Shown here one piece after another: positions 43,101-54,853 of a stretch of 64,000 bases of DNA. Source of the DNA: Takakia lepidozioides (lineage: Eukaryota > Plantae > Bryophyta); NCBI GenBank assembly GCA_030704615.1, contig CM060731.1:9362001-9426000 (forward strand), written 5' to 3'. The first letter of the stretch is position 1. Every line of letters begins with the position of its first letter. The notes under the pieces are model-generated. The model saw only the letters and a list, made by a program, of their open reading frames with translations, was not told the origin of the DNA and ran no database searches. The translations under genes were made by a program, and so were the position numbers.

Positions 43101-43671
43101 CTTTTTCATACCTGCTCTCTTCCTAATGCGGGGCTAATTAGAGCTATAATGGGGTTACATTTGCTGTAGCAATTTAAAACAGATTTTTTTTGAAACATGG
43201 CAGGACTTTGCACTCGTGGAGATCGTGGTGCTATGGTTGGCTGTTGCGGTCACCATCTATCTGTTCTGGCAAGTCAATGCCGTTGCAGCCTACTTGCTTT
43301 TGCCATATATCGTTTGGTAAGTCCCCTTTTAGCCTTGCCTATGTCACAATTTTTGCCAATCTTGGCTGTGTTTTTTAGAGTAGTTAATATTTAAGCTCCC
43401 TGTTGCACAAGTTCAAAGGGCGAAAATGGACTTTATGGAAAATTTACAACATAGGCAGCAATCCAGCCTTAGATGTACATTTCTCTTTATCTAGGGGTGA
43501 CATCAACCTTAAAACCAGCTAGTTCATGTGTTGAATATGTTCACTGATTACTGTTCTGTGCACAGGGTGACTGTGGCTTTTGCCCTGAACTTGTACATAT
43601 GGTTGTACAATGAGGAAGGTGGTCAGGGCATCAGACAACCACTGCATCATGGAGGAAGCCAAAAGGTCTAG
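40158..43671 (+). CDS. TSPO: Translocator protein TspO/MBR family, 7 coding exons, 177 aa
   Basis: Exons 40158-40257, 40916-40956, 41268-41346, 42650-42693, 42959-43009, 43204-43316 and 43566-43671 total 534 nt in frame. Motifs [47 protein letters not shown] and LLLPYIVWVTVAFALN. Confidence 0.93.
41811..42561 (+). mobile_element. 5'-truncated non-LTR retrotransposon (RTE-X/L2-like C-terminal zinc-finger region) in TSPO intron 3
   Basis: Perfect 15-bp TSD tctatacacaatagt (41796-41810 / 42562-42576). The open frame encodes KLRAGSLPL...CPLC...EDSIHFLIHCP. No poly(A) tail. Confidence 0.88.
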
Positions 43672-45134
43672 AGGATTCACATTACAGCAATGACGGCACC
43701 TGGTGGACTAGAAACTTCAGTGGGTTTTACTAACATCACATGATTTAAATTTTTCTTGGGCAGGACATGGGATTGAGCACACAGGGAAAAGGGCTCTCTC
43801 TTAGCTCTGGACGGGGGAAAGAGTCCCATATAAAACCAGAGTGGCTACATATGCATTGACAGGCTTTTATGTCCCAGTCTACTGGCTTGTATAAACTTTC
43901 TGGATACCATTACAGTATGCATGTCACACACTTAGACTTTTAGGCGACCAGTTCTCTATATTCCATAGTTTTTGCATTCAATTGTCTAATTTACACTGTC
44001 CACAAACCCGAGTCAGTGCTTCTGTTAAAACCTTTATATTTCTCTGAGGATCGTAGTTTGTTGATGGACATGGGTCCTTTTGTGACCGAATGACACTACA
44101 AAGAGCTCCAAGCAAAACACTATGAAAACTGTGATTATCTGGTGAAGAATGTGCTCCTAAAAATGAAATGAGTGGTCTTGTGTTTGGGAAATTTGATAAG
44201 ATTTTGCACATAAAAAGTTTGCTGGATCTTTTTCTTGTTGTCCTCCACTAAATAGTTACAGTCTCCCAATTTCTCCCCCGAATCTGCCTGAATGTTTTTG
44301 AGGTGGTGGGTGGGCAAGTTTATATTTTCAATCTCATCAGAAAAATCTCATCTGAAGTAATGAACTGTTGCCATTTCTGCTTATCCTCTGGAGATAGAAA
44401 CTTGTCCGCTCTAAGTTGCTTCAATAAGCATACTACCATTCTGCTGTGCCTTCATCTGTCTGTTGTCCGCACCCCAGGCCGTCAACATGTTTTGAGTGTC
44501 ACCCCAGTTAGCTTGTTGAGCTGAAGTTAGAAGTGTGCAATCGTATCTAGTTTGTTTGTAGTCACAATTCTTAGATGCAGTGTTTGCATGCAACCAGCCC
44601 ACAGTCAGTTTCCTCATATCTGCTACCATTCTCGCAAAACAGCAGGTTCCAAATCCTGTGACTGTTTGTGGCTGAGTCTTATCACTCTGCAGATTGGATG
44701 TGTTCTTGAGTGAGGGCCATGGCTGTAAGAACAACAATGATGTCTTGTCGACAGAAATGGGTTTTGGAGAAAAGAATCTAAGAGTTGGAACACTGAGCTT
44801 AAGAGAATACTCGTTTTTGGAGGCAGCAAAAGCGTTAGCAAAGTCTGTGTTGTGGAATGCTTAAGGACCCGGTTAACGCAATTTAGAAGCCCCAAAACGC
44901 ATCCGTTCACTGTCAGTAAAGACAAAGTGCCCGAGAGTTGGCCAACAGTTCCATTTTAGTGAGCAGCTGCAAAACCTGATGAGGCTCAAAGGCCTCTTGA
45001 TCCCCTGAGAGCACCCCAGAGGTCGTTAAGTGCAAACTGGGGTATCTATATATCGGGTAGGTCTAAGTAATTAAAGCAAAGCATTCGGTAGTCCTGAGAC
45101 TTGGCCATTGTGCTCTAAGGTGTACACAGAAACG

Positions 45135-48100
45135 ATGGCCCAGGCAGAGACCATACCGAAGCCTGTGGATTATTCTTCTTGCGGTGAAAGGGCAGGAGGC
45201 CTCACATTATGCAGCAGATTGAAGAAGGCGGCTGTGGAACTGAAATGCGCATCTACCTTCGCAATGTCGGGCCCGAAACCCTGGCTAGTGATGGCCACCC
45301 TTCCCCAATCTGAAGGGAGAGCGAAGAAAGGTATGAACACGTTACTGGTCATAATCGAACCTTTCCTCCCTCCTTCTGGACCTTCTGTACACCGTGGATA
45401 TGTTTTTCATCTTTCCAGAGAAAGCTTCCAGAAAGCTTGCAGCTATAGCGATTTTGGGATGACGGTTTTTGGGGAAATATTCACCAGATTTATTCTCAAG
45501 TGAGTGTGGAAGGTCGCACAAAGTTTAGAAGCTACTACTGCAAGTTCCGAAAAACCATTCCACAGATGAGGCTGTGATTGCACTGTGTTTGAGAGAGGGG
45601 AAAGGAGGAGGTGCACTCAATCACTATTTTCTGGTGTCTGAGGCAAACGGAGGCTGGTAAAGAACTCACATGCTTGCGGTTCTTGCACTTAGGTCAAGCA
45701 ATGAGCACAGGGCAGCTCTGGCAGGAGTTCTTCTCAGATCCTTCAATGTGGTGGGACAGCAGGGGTGAAAAGGTGAGGCTATCTGGATGTAGGGCATGAA
45801 AGTGGTTGTCAAGAAGGGCTGACACTTTTGTGGACTAGGTGTATCTCTAGTTCCTTCAAGAGATTTACAATTAAGCAGCAAATGTGATTTATTTTGCTGA
45901 TGTTAGGTTGTTCCTTGTTGGCAGGGTAGACTTTTCCTGGTTCTGCCCTGTTATTTGCTTTGTGATGCAATGGTTGAATTTGTCTACTCAGTTGCCTACG
46001 TTGGTTTTTACAGAAAAGTCCAAGTTTGCCCGACTTCCGATACAAGCACACAAAGGAGGTCCTTTGGATTGAGGGTTGGTCAAACCCTCCTGGGTTGAAA
46101 GCAAATGGAGCTGCTATGATACAAGGTCAAGTACAATCTGGTGATGATTCTAATGAAGCTCCAAGGGAGAGTACAAGGTGTATCTTTTTATACTGATATT
46201 ACGTAGCTAGGAGCTCTCCCCATTACCTTTGACGCATCTAGGAGCTTTGAGCTATATTCTCTGAGTTTGCATGTAAAGGTTTGAAACTAATAGTTTGGAG
46301 TCAGCAGGATGGCAGGTGTAAATCAAGCAGAATACTTTGTTGGACATCAGCCTGCTGCCAGGGGTGGCACCTCAGCCATCACCACTGCTCTTGTAATTGG
46401 ACAAAAAGACGGAGTCAGCAAGGACTCCTCTGACACTTGTGAATATATAAGGACACTATGTAAGGCAGGGCAACTTAGAGAGGCGTTGCACATTTTAAGC
46501 CAAAAATGCATATCGGCAGATTCCTATACTTATGTCTGTATCTTGCAGGGGTGCATCAACATTAAAGCCCTAGCAGAGGGAAAACAAGTACATACCCACA
46601 TTATCCAGAGTGCATTGAAGCCAAATATCACTCTACTCAATACCCTGGTCAACATGTATGCTAAGTGCGGGAGCTTGGAGGCTGCACGCCAAGTATTTGA
46701 TAGAATGCTCGAACGAGATGTCTTTACATGGACAATAATGGTTGCAGGATATGCCAAGCATGGGTGTGGTAGGGAGGCCCTCAAAATCTTTGAGCAAATG
46801 CGTCAGGATGGGGTCATGCCCAACAGGGTCACATTTATTTCAGTTCTTGATGCATGCGCCAGCCTAGGAGACTTGGAAAAGGGCAAAGAGGTCCATGCTG
46901 ACATTATCAAAGGTGGAATTGTACCAGATATCATTCTGGAGAATACCCTTGTCCACATGTATTGCAAATGCATGAGCATGAAGGATGCACGCCAAGTGTT
47001 GGATAATATGGCGAAACGAAGTGTAGTCTCTTGGAGTGCTATGATTGCAGGATATGCCAAGCATGGGGATGAACAGGAAGCCTTGAAAAACTATGAGCAA
47101 ATGCAATGGGAAGGGGTGATGCCCGACAGGGTTACTTTCATTTCCGTTCTTGACGCGTGTGCAGGCCTAGGAGCCCTGGAGAAGGGCAAGGAGGTCCATG
47201 CTGACATTGTCAAAGCTGGAATTGCCTCATATATTAATTTGGAAAATACCCTTGTTGCCATGTATGCGAAATGTGGAAGCATGGAGGATGCACGTCAAGT
47301 GTTTGATAATATGGCTCAACGAAATGTGGTCTCATGGAATGCCATGATTACAGCATATGCTCAGCATGGGTATGGGGAAGAGGCTTTCCTGATCTATGAG
47401 CAAATGCAATGGGAAGGGGTGAATCCCAACAAGGTTACATTCATTTCTGTTCTCAATGCATGTGCCAGCCTAGGAGCTCTGGGGAGGGGTAGAGAGGTCC
47501 ATGCTGACTTGATGAAAGCTGGAATTGACTATTCTATCAACTTGGAAAATGCCCTTGTAAACATGTATGTCAAGTGTGGGAGCATGGTGGATGCATGCGA
47601 AGTGTTTAATCAAATGTCTGAACGAGATTTGTTCACGTGGACTATCATCATGGTAGGATGTGCTCAACGTGGGCATGCTGATTCGGCTCTGGAAATCTAT
47701 GAGCAAATGCAACAGGATGGAGCAAAGCCAGACAAGGTTACGTTTGCTTGTGTTCTTGATGCATGTGCCAACCTGGGATTCCTGGAAAAGGGTGAAGAGG
47801 TCCATGCTGAGATCAGCAGGAGTGGAATTGTGACAGATATAATACTTGATACTGCCCTTGCTGACATGTATGCAAAATGTGGGGACATGAAGGGTGCCTG
47901 TCGTGTTTTTGATGCTATGGCTCAACGAGATCTGGTCTCATGGAATGCTATGATTGCAGGGTATGCTCAGCATGGGTGTGGGAGGGAGGCCCTCAAAATG
48001 TTTGAACAAATGCAACGCGACGGCTTCACGCCAGACAGTATCACCTTTATATCTCTTCTCTCTGCTTGTGGCCATGTGGGCCTAGTGGATGAAGGCCATC

Positions 48101-48855
48101 ACTACTTTGATTCCATGAGTCGAGATCATGGCCTCACTCCTACTGTGGAGCATTTTGGCTGCATGGTGGATCTTCTTGGCCGGGCAGGTCGTTTGGATGA
48201 GGCAGAGGACCACATCAACAAAATGCCTATTGAACCACATGCTTTGGTGTGGAAGGCCTTGCTTGGAGCCTGCAGAATACATGGCAATGTGGAGGTAGCA
48301 GAACGTGCATCAAAAGGCCTTCTCCAGAGTGATCCGCAAGACGCTGAAGCATATGTGCTGCTATCAAATATCTATGCTGTGGCCGGCAGGTGGGATAATA
48401 AAGAATTGGTAAGGAAAATGATGGAGGACACAGTTGTGGAGAAGGAGCCCGATCGCAGCTGCATTGAGGTGGAGAACCGGGTGCATACATTCATTGAAAA
48501 TGACATGTCGCATCCACAAATTGAGGAAATCCATAGTGAGCTAAATAGGCTGTCTTGGCAGCTGAAGGATGTCAAGCATGTACCTGACATGCGCTTTGCA
48601 AAGCATAATGTGGAAGATGAGCAAAAGGAATTTCCTGTTTCCCACCATAGTGAAAAGCTGGCCATGGCTTTTGGGCTCATGAGCACACCTCCAGGGAAGT
48701 CTATCCGTGTCATTAAGAGCCTTCGCATCTGTGGTGACTGCCACACTGAGACCAAGCTCATCTCTAAGTTTGTTGGGCGAACGGTTGTGCTGCGGGATGC
48801 CAACCGCTTTCACCACTTCCAAGATGGGGTTTGTTCTTGTGAGGATTATTGGTGA
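45135..48855 (+). CDS. PDF-motif/PLS-PPR-E-DYW fusion protein (organellar C-to-U editing factor-like), 4 exons, ~995 aa
   Basis: Exons 45135-45330 (phase 1), 45693-45772 (0), 46014-46177 (2) and 46308-48855 splice in frame. Exons 2-3 encode LWQEFFSDPSMWWDSRGEK/KSPSLPDFRYKHTKEVLWIEGWSNPP. Exon 4 is a PLS array, E1/E2 and an intact DYW domain (HSEKLA, CGDCH, CSCEDYW). The PPR-DYW part is secure; the exon-1 start is less so. Confidence 0.88.
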
Positions 48856-49254
48856 AATAAGCAACCTGCATGAAAGAATGCAAATGTGAGGGTGGCAATG
48901 TCATACCTCTCATTTTTTGCAAAATAAAGAATGTACTCTGAAGACTAAGTAGCTTGCAAATGAAGAGTATTTGGGCTCTGTCCCTTTTGCCCAAAAAAAG
49001 GTCATTTTAAGGAATGAATTTGTCTGCTACATGTTAAGTTACTCTCTGTTTGGTGCAATTCAAGTATGATCAGCTCATGGAAACCCTTGTGGCAGAGGAG
49101 TTGTTGACAGATGTAAAGATAATCCTTGAGCTCTGGGTGTTGAAAGTTTTGCACCAAGAGAAGGTTGAACAAGGAGATCCCCTAAGAGATCCCCCAAGAG
49201 GGTGATTCTCTTTTGAAGCAACTGGGGGAAATCCAGAATCTCAGATCTGTGGAC

Positions 49255-50057
49255 CAGTGTTGGGTGGGTATTACTTTTCCTAATACCAGCCGGGTCTGGG
49301 TATTGAAAAGAAATTAATTTGCAATACCAGCCGGTTCCATAGTATTGAAAGATTCCCTTAATTTTAATACCCACCGGTTCTCAATAGTAGTATGATTTTC
49401 GATTTGTGGACGGGTATCAATAGGATGCGTATTCCAATCTAATACCAGCTGGTTATCAATCGGGGTATAAATAATAAAAATTAAAAATTAAAATAACCAC
49501 TAAATCATTAATATGTATTGAATTTAGAAGATTTCAGTTGATTTCACAAAGAAATTAATTACTATGTTGCAAAATTCAGTCTTTGCATTACATAATAACA
49601 ACATTGCAGATCTCAGTATCCCAAGCCTAGTTTAAAAAAGACTGATTGCAACCCTCATCGTCAAATAAACCAGCATCTGCAATGAGGTCCTCATAAGACA
49701 ACCTACATGTGCTAAGAAAATAAAGAATAGGGGCTGGCCTTTCCTACACTTGGTAAGACATGAAGCATAGTGGCGGGCCTTTGGGGCTGGACATGCCCTC
49801 TCTAACATGTGCACCCTCTTACCTGACCCCTGACATATTGTGCACCCAACCAATTTCCTATTCATACCATGGTATAGTCCTTGTTTTCGCCCATAATACG
49901 GGTATGCACCCTGGTATTGCCTTGGCAATACCAGCCGGTCCCATTATCAACCATAGTATTACAAAAGCCAATACCAGCCGGGCCGGTTATTCAATACCCT
50001 GGTTGATACCCTGGAATTCATACCATGGGTATCATACCCTGGTTGATATAGCCCCTG
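49255..50057. mobile_element. hAT-like non-autonomous element with aataccagccgg / gataccctgg subterminal repeats
   Basis: Starts cagtgttgg (same terminus as the element at 58083) and ends ...gcccctg, with dense subterminal repeats. No TSD found. Confidence 0.5.
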
Positions 50058-50930
50058 CCCACTTCTGCCGCTCACACTTTTGTAAAATAGCTCTTTTTCT
50101 TTCAGTAGTCATACTTAACGTCAGAATGAAAGATATGCAAGAAAGCCCTTCACTTTCAGGAGTCAGCATGAGTCAGCTTGCTGCGATTGAAGCTCGAGAT
50201 AGATTATTGCAACCACAATAACTAGGGCTGGTTTCCCGCCAGCCACAGTCTTCAGCTGCAATCCGAGTTCAGTGTCAAACGGGAAGCCCAGTAGACGTAG
50301 GAGAGAGCAGTGGTAAAGACAAACGTGATTATACGTGTTTGAAAATGAAAACCCTGCGAGTTGACTAGATTACTACCATCACTGTTTGATGCCACAACAG
50401 TTGCCACTTTTAATACACAGGCATAGTAATCACCATCAGTTCATCAAGTCGTGACCGTGTTGTTGGAGGTATACGAAAGGTCTCTAATGTGCGCGGTTTA
50501 CGATCATAGACGACAGCTGCGACCCTCTGGAGCAAAGAGAAGTCACAATTTCGAGTCACACTGAAGGATGAATAGAGGCACAGATAGATAGACCCTGCAA
50601 GCGTTGGCTGTGACACACGCTTGGTCCCCTCACAAATATCCACCCTTCCAGAGTTCCAATTGTGGGGTTTGTAGTGATTAACAGGGTGTGGAAATCAGCC
50701 CGCTAATTTTGGCAACAAACTGGTTACCGGGAATTGAGGTGTGATGTGAAGGACGGTGTGTGCGAGAAAGAAGCGAGGTTAATCTGACGGAAAGCTTGCA
50801 CTTCCATTCTTCATTAGGACCCCGGTCACTTAAGAGAGCTGGTTGATAGTGTTTAAGCACTACCATTATCCATAGATACAGATAATCGGAAGCGGGCAAC
50901 TTCTCATGTTCTTGTAGTTCTTACATGCAG

Positions 50931-53842
50931 GTCAGACAATGAGCATAGACCTTCTCTGGCAGGAGTTTTTCTCAGATCCTTCAAAATGCTGGGACAAGGT
51001 GAGCTATCTTCATTTAAGGCACGAAAGTGTTTGTTAAGAAGGGCCGAAACTGGCATGGTGATGTTTTAACTGGATTCTATCTCTACTTGTTTCAAATAAT
51101 CACATTTGCTATGTCACATAGAAACCACAAAAGTTGAATTTTTATTGCTGCTGCCAGTAGTTTGTTCTTCCTTGTTAGCAGGGCAAGAGAGTAGGTTGTG
51201 CATTGTTGTTCCCTGTTATCTGAAATGCCAGGCTTTGGTGGTTATAGCCCTGTCTGAGGCTACAGTTGAAGCTGGGCACCTCAGCTCTCCAGTGCTGGTT
51301 TTCACAGAAAAGTGCAAGCTCACCAGACTTCCGACGTAAGCGCAGAAAGGAGGTCCTTTGGATTCAGGGTTGGTCAAACCCACCTTGGGTGAAAGCAGAG
51401 CTAGATGCCATGATTGAGAGTCAAGCGAAACATGGTGATGATTCAAAAGTCATTATACACGTCGGAGCTCCAATCCAAGAACGTAATGGGTAATGTTGTT
51501 TGTGATTAGTTAAGTTTGCAACTCAAATGGATAGATTGGTTACAGGTGACTGCTGTAGTTGTGTAACCATGCCAGTGCGGAGCAAGGAGCCTGTCCTCAT
51601 TAAGAGCTCTTTTTCCAAGTTACTTTTGGAACATCCTATGAGTTGTTTTAAGGTTGTAACTGGGAGTTTTCAGTGATACAGGATTGCGAGGTTGAATGAG
51701 GCACAGTTGTTTGTTGGCGGTCAGGCTGGTGCCAGGGTTAGACCCACTACTATCGAAAGAAGACCAAGAGAGGGAGTCAGCCAGAACTCTTCTAGCTCCT
51801 CTGAAGATGTCAGGACACCATCTAAGGCTGGACAACTGAAAGAGGCGCTGCGCATTTTGAACCAAGGAGGCATTCAAGCTGATGCCAACACTTACATCTG
51901 TTTGTTGCAGGAGTGCATCAATAGGAAATGCTTAGCAGAGGGAAAGCAGGTGCATTCCCACATAGTCCAAAGTGCATTCAAGCCAAACATTTTTCTACTA
52001 AACACCCTTGTCAGAATGTATGCCAAGTGCGGGAGCATGGCGGATGCACGCCTAGTGTTTGACAAAATGCATGAACGAGATATGGTCACTTGGAATATAA
52101 TGATAGGAGGGTATGCCAAGTATGGATGTGGTAGGGAGGCTTTCAAGATCTTTGGGCAAATGCAACGGGAAGAGATCACACCCAATAAGGTCACATACAT
52201 ATGTGTTCTCAATGCGTGTGCCAGTCTAGGAGTGCTGGAAAAGGGCAAGGAGGTTCATGCTGACATCGTCAGAGCTGGAATTGTGTCAGATATTATTCTG
52301 GAGACTGCACTTGCTGACATGTATGCAAAATGCGGGAGCATGACGGATGCGCGTGAAGTGTTCGACAAAATGGCCACACGAGATGTGGTCTCATGGAATG
52401 CCATCATCACAGGATATGTCAAACATGGGTGTACTAGGGATGCTTTCGAGATCTATGAGCAAATGCAAAGGAAAGGGGTAGCTCCCAACAGGGTCACATT
52501 CATTTGCATTCTCAATGCGTGTGCCAGCTTAGGTATACTGGAAAAGGGCAAAGAGGTCCATGGTGCCATTGAGAAAGCTGGGATTGCGCCATACATTATT
52601 CTAGAGAATAGCCTTGTCGACATGTATGCCAAATGCGGGAGCATGAAGGATGCACGACAAGTTTTTGACAAAATGGTTTACCGAGATGTGGTCACATGGA
52701 GTGCGATGATTGCAGGATATGCGCAGCTTGGATGTGGTAGTGAGGCTTTTGAGGTCTATGAGCAAATGCAACGGGAAGGGGTGACACCCAACAATGTTAC
52801 CTTTGTTTGTATTCTCAATGCATGTGCCAACGTAGGAGCACTTGAAAAGGTCAAAGAGGTTCATGCCGACATCAGCAAGGCTGGAATTGTACTAGACACC
52901 ATTCTGCAGAGTACCCTTGTGGACATGTATGCCAAATGTGGTAGTGTGGAGGATGCACGCCAAGTATTCGACAATATGGATCAACGAGATGTGGTCTCAT
53001 GGAATGCTATGATGACAGGATATGCTCAGCATGGAAGTGGTAGGGAGGCTGTCAAGATCTATGCGCAAATGCAACAGGAAGGGATTACACCCGACAGGGT
53101 TACGTTCATTAGCGTTCTCAATGCATGTGCCAGCCTAGGAGCCCTGGAGAAGGGGAAAGAGGTCCATGCTGACATAATCAGAGCTGGAATTGCATCATAT
53201 GTTAATTTGGAGACTGCTCTTGCTGACATGTATGCAAAATGTGGGAGCATGGAGGATGCGCAACAAGTATTCGACAAGATGGCCATACGAAATGTGGTCT
53301 CATGGAGTGCAATGATTGCAGGATATGCTCAGAATGGATGTGGTTGGGAGGCACTCCAACTATTCGAACAAATGCAACAGGAAGGCTTGAAGCCGAACAG
53401 TATCACCTTTACATCTGTTTTATTTGCTTGTAGCCATGTGGGCCTTGTGGATGAAGGATGCTACTACTTTGATTCTATGAATCAAGATTATGGCCTTGCT
53501 CCTACAGTGGAGCATTTTTGTTGCATGGTAGACCTTCTTGGCCGTGCGGGGCGATTAGATGAGGCAGAGGGCTTCATCAACAAATTGCCGAGGGAACCAG
53601 ATGCTGCGGTGTGGAGGGCCTTGCTTGGTGCCTGCAGAGTCCACAGCAATGTGGAGGTAGCAGAGCGTGTGGCAAAAAGCATTCTCAAGAGCAATCCACA
53701 GCATGTCGCAGCCTATGTGCTGTTATCAGACATCTATGCTGCAGCTGGCCGGTGGGATGATCAAGCGAAGGTGAGAAAAATGATGGAGGACAGAGGTGTC
53801 AGAAAGGAGCAAGGACGCAGCTGCATCAAGGTGGACAACTAG
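50931..53842 (+). CDS. Second tandem PDF-motif/PLS-PPR gene, truncated after the E domains/PG box (E-class-like or pseudogene)
   Basis: Exons 50931-50998 (LLWQEFFSDPSKCWDK), 51308-51489 (KSASSPDFRRKRRKEVLWIQGWSNPPWVKAEL) and 51682-53842 have the same phases as copy 1. TAG follows KEQGRSCIKVDN. The first exon is unresolved; the candidate at 50126-50324 contains a stop. Confidence 0.8.
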
Positions 53843-54140
53843 GTGCACACATTCTTTGTACAGAACAAATTGCATCCTCAAATTGAGGAAACCCATGCTG
53901 AGCTGAAGCGATGGACTGAGAAGATGAAGGAGGCCAGGTACATACCTGACGTGCACTTCGTATTGCATGGCATGGAGGAGCAGAAGGAATCTTCCCTTGC
54001 CACCACAGTGAGAAGCTGGCCATTGGTTTCGGACTTATGAGGAGCACACACAAGAGGTCCTTTGGATTGAGGGGTGGTTGAATCCTCCTTGGGTGAAAGA
54101 AAAGCGAGCTGCTTTCATAAATAACACAAGGTCAAGGACA
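53843..54140 (+). pseudogene. Decayed DYW domain of copy 2 fused to a remnant PDF exon of a third copy
   Basis: VHTFFV...HPQ..E...L...MKEARYIPD..FVLH, a 1-nt frameshift before HHSEKLAIGFGLM, then an abrupt switch to ...agcacacacaagaggtcctttggattgaggggtggttgaatcctccttgggtgaaa (EVLWIEGWLNPPWVKE). Confidence 0.85.
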
Positions 54141-54312
54141 ATGTGGTGGGAGGCACCTCCTTCTTCAACACATTTAGGCTTGTTTTTCCGCTTGTTAGAT
54201 TCGTCCCTAGATTTTCACGTCGAGTTGTAAGTTCTCTCAGCAAGTGGTTCCATGTTATTCACATGTTCTGCCCTGCTTTTCTACTGTCTCTGTGTCCCCG
54301 TATGGATGCTAC

Positions 54313-54593
54313 ACAGGCAAGCAACACAAAATGAAAGGGTGAGTGTATACCTTTTATCACATTTCTCTGAGTTTCTAGCACCCAGTATGATCGGACAAGT
54401 GCTATGGAGTATCTCCCCGTCCCCTTCTGTCCCCCTGTTTCAAGAATGGATGCCAGAACAGGCAAGCAACACAAAAAGAAAGGGTGAGTGTTTACCTTTT
54501 TATCACATTTCTCTTCCAGCACCCAGTATGATGCATACAAGTGCTATGGAATATACCTCCCGTCCTGCTTCTGTGCATCCCCCTGTTTCAAGA
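54313..54593. repeat. Two tandem ~140-bp repeats
   Basis: acaggcaagcaacacaaaa.gaaagggtgagtgt.tacctttt.atcacatttctct...gcacccagtatgat...acaagtgctatgga occurs twice. Confidence 0.85.
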
Positions 54594-54637
54594 GGTGTGT
54601 TGTCCTTCTAAATCAATCTTCTGGAGACCACTTGCAG

Positions 54638-54853
54638 GCCCATGAAGTGAAGATTGAGTTCCACTCGGGAGCTGCAAATCATACATATTTGCGAATGGAT
54701 GGAGATCCATGGCTCCAACCCTTGACATCCGGCCACAAGAAAACTGTCCTGGAAATCAGCCACCTTGGACAGGCGCCATTGTCGTTAACACATGATTCCA
54801 TTGCCAAGGCAGATACCAAGATGCCACCAGGTGTTACTGGCCATTGCGAATAA
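54638..54853 (+). pseudogene. Orphan terminal exon of a plant diacylglycerol kinase (DGK5-like accessory domain end)
   Basis: After the acceptor ttgcag: AHEVKIEFHSGAANHTYLRMDGDPWLQPL....TVLEISHLGQ. No upstream DGK exons were recognised. Confidence 0.8.

Noticed and set aside
46530-48864. Antisense ORFs over the PPR genes
   Set aside because: Shadows of the repetitive PPR coding strand, with no independent motifs.
53840-53842. Stop codon rescued by U-to-C RNA editing
   Set aside because: Such editing is organellar, this is a nuclear gene, and the downstream DYW is also frameshifted and truncated.
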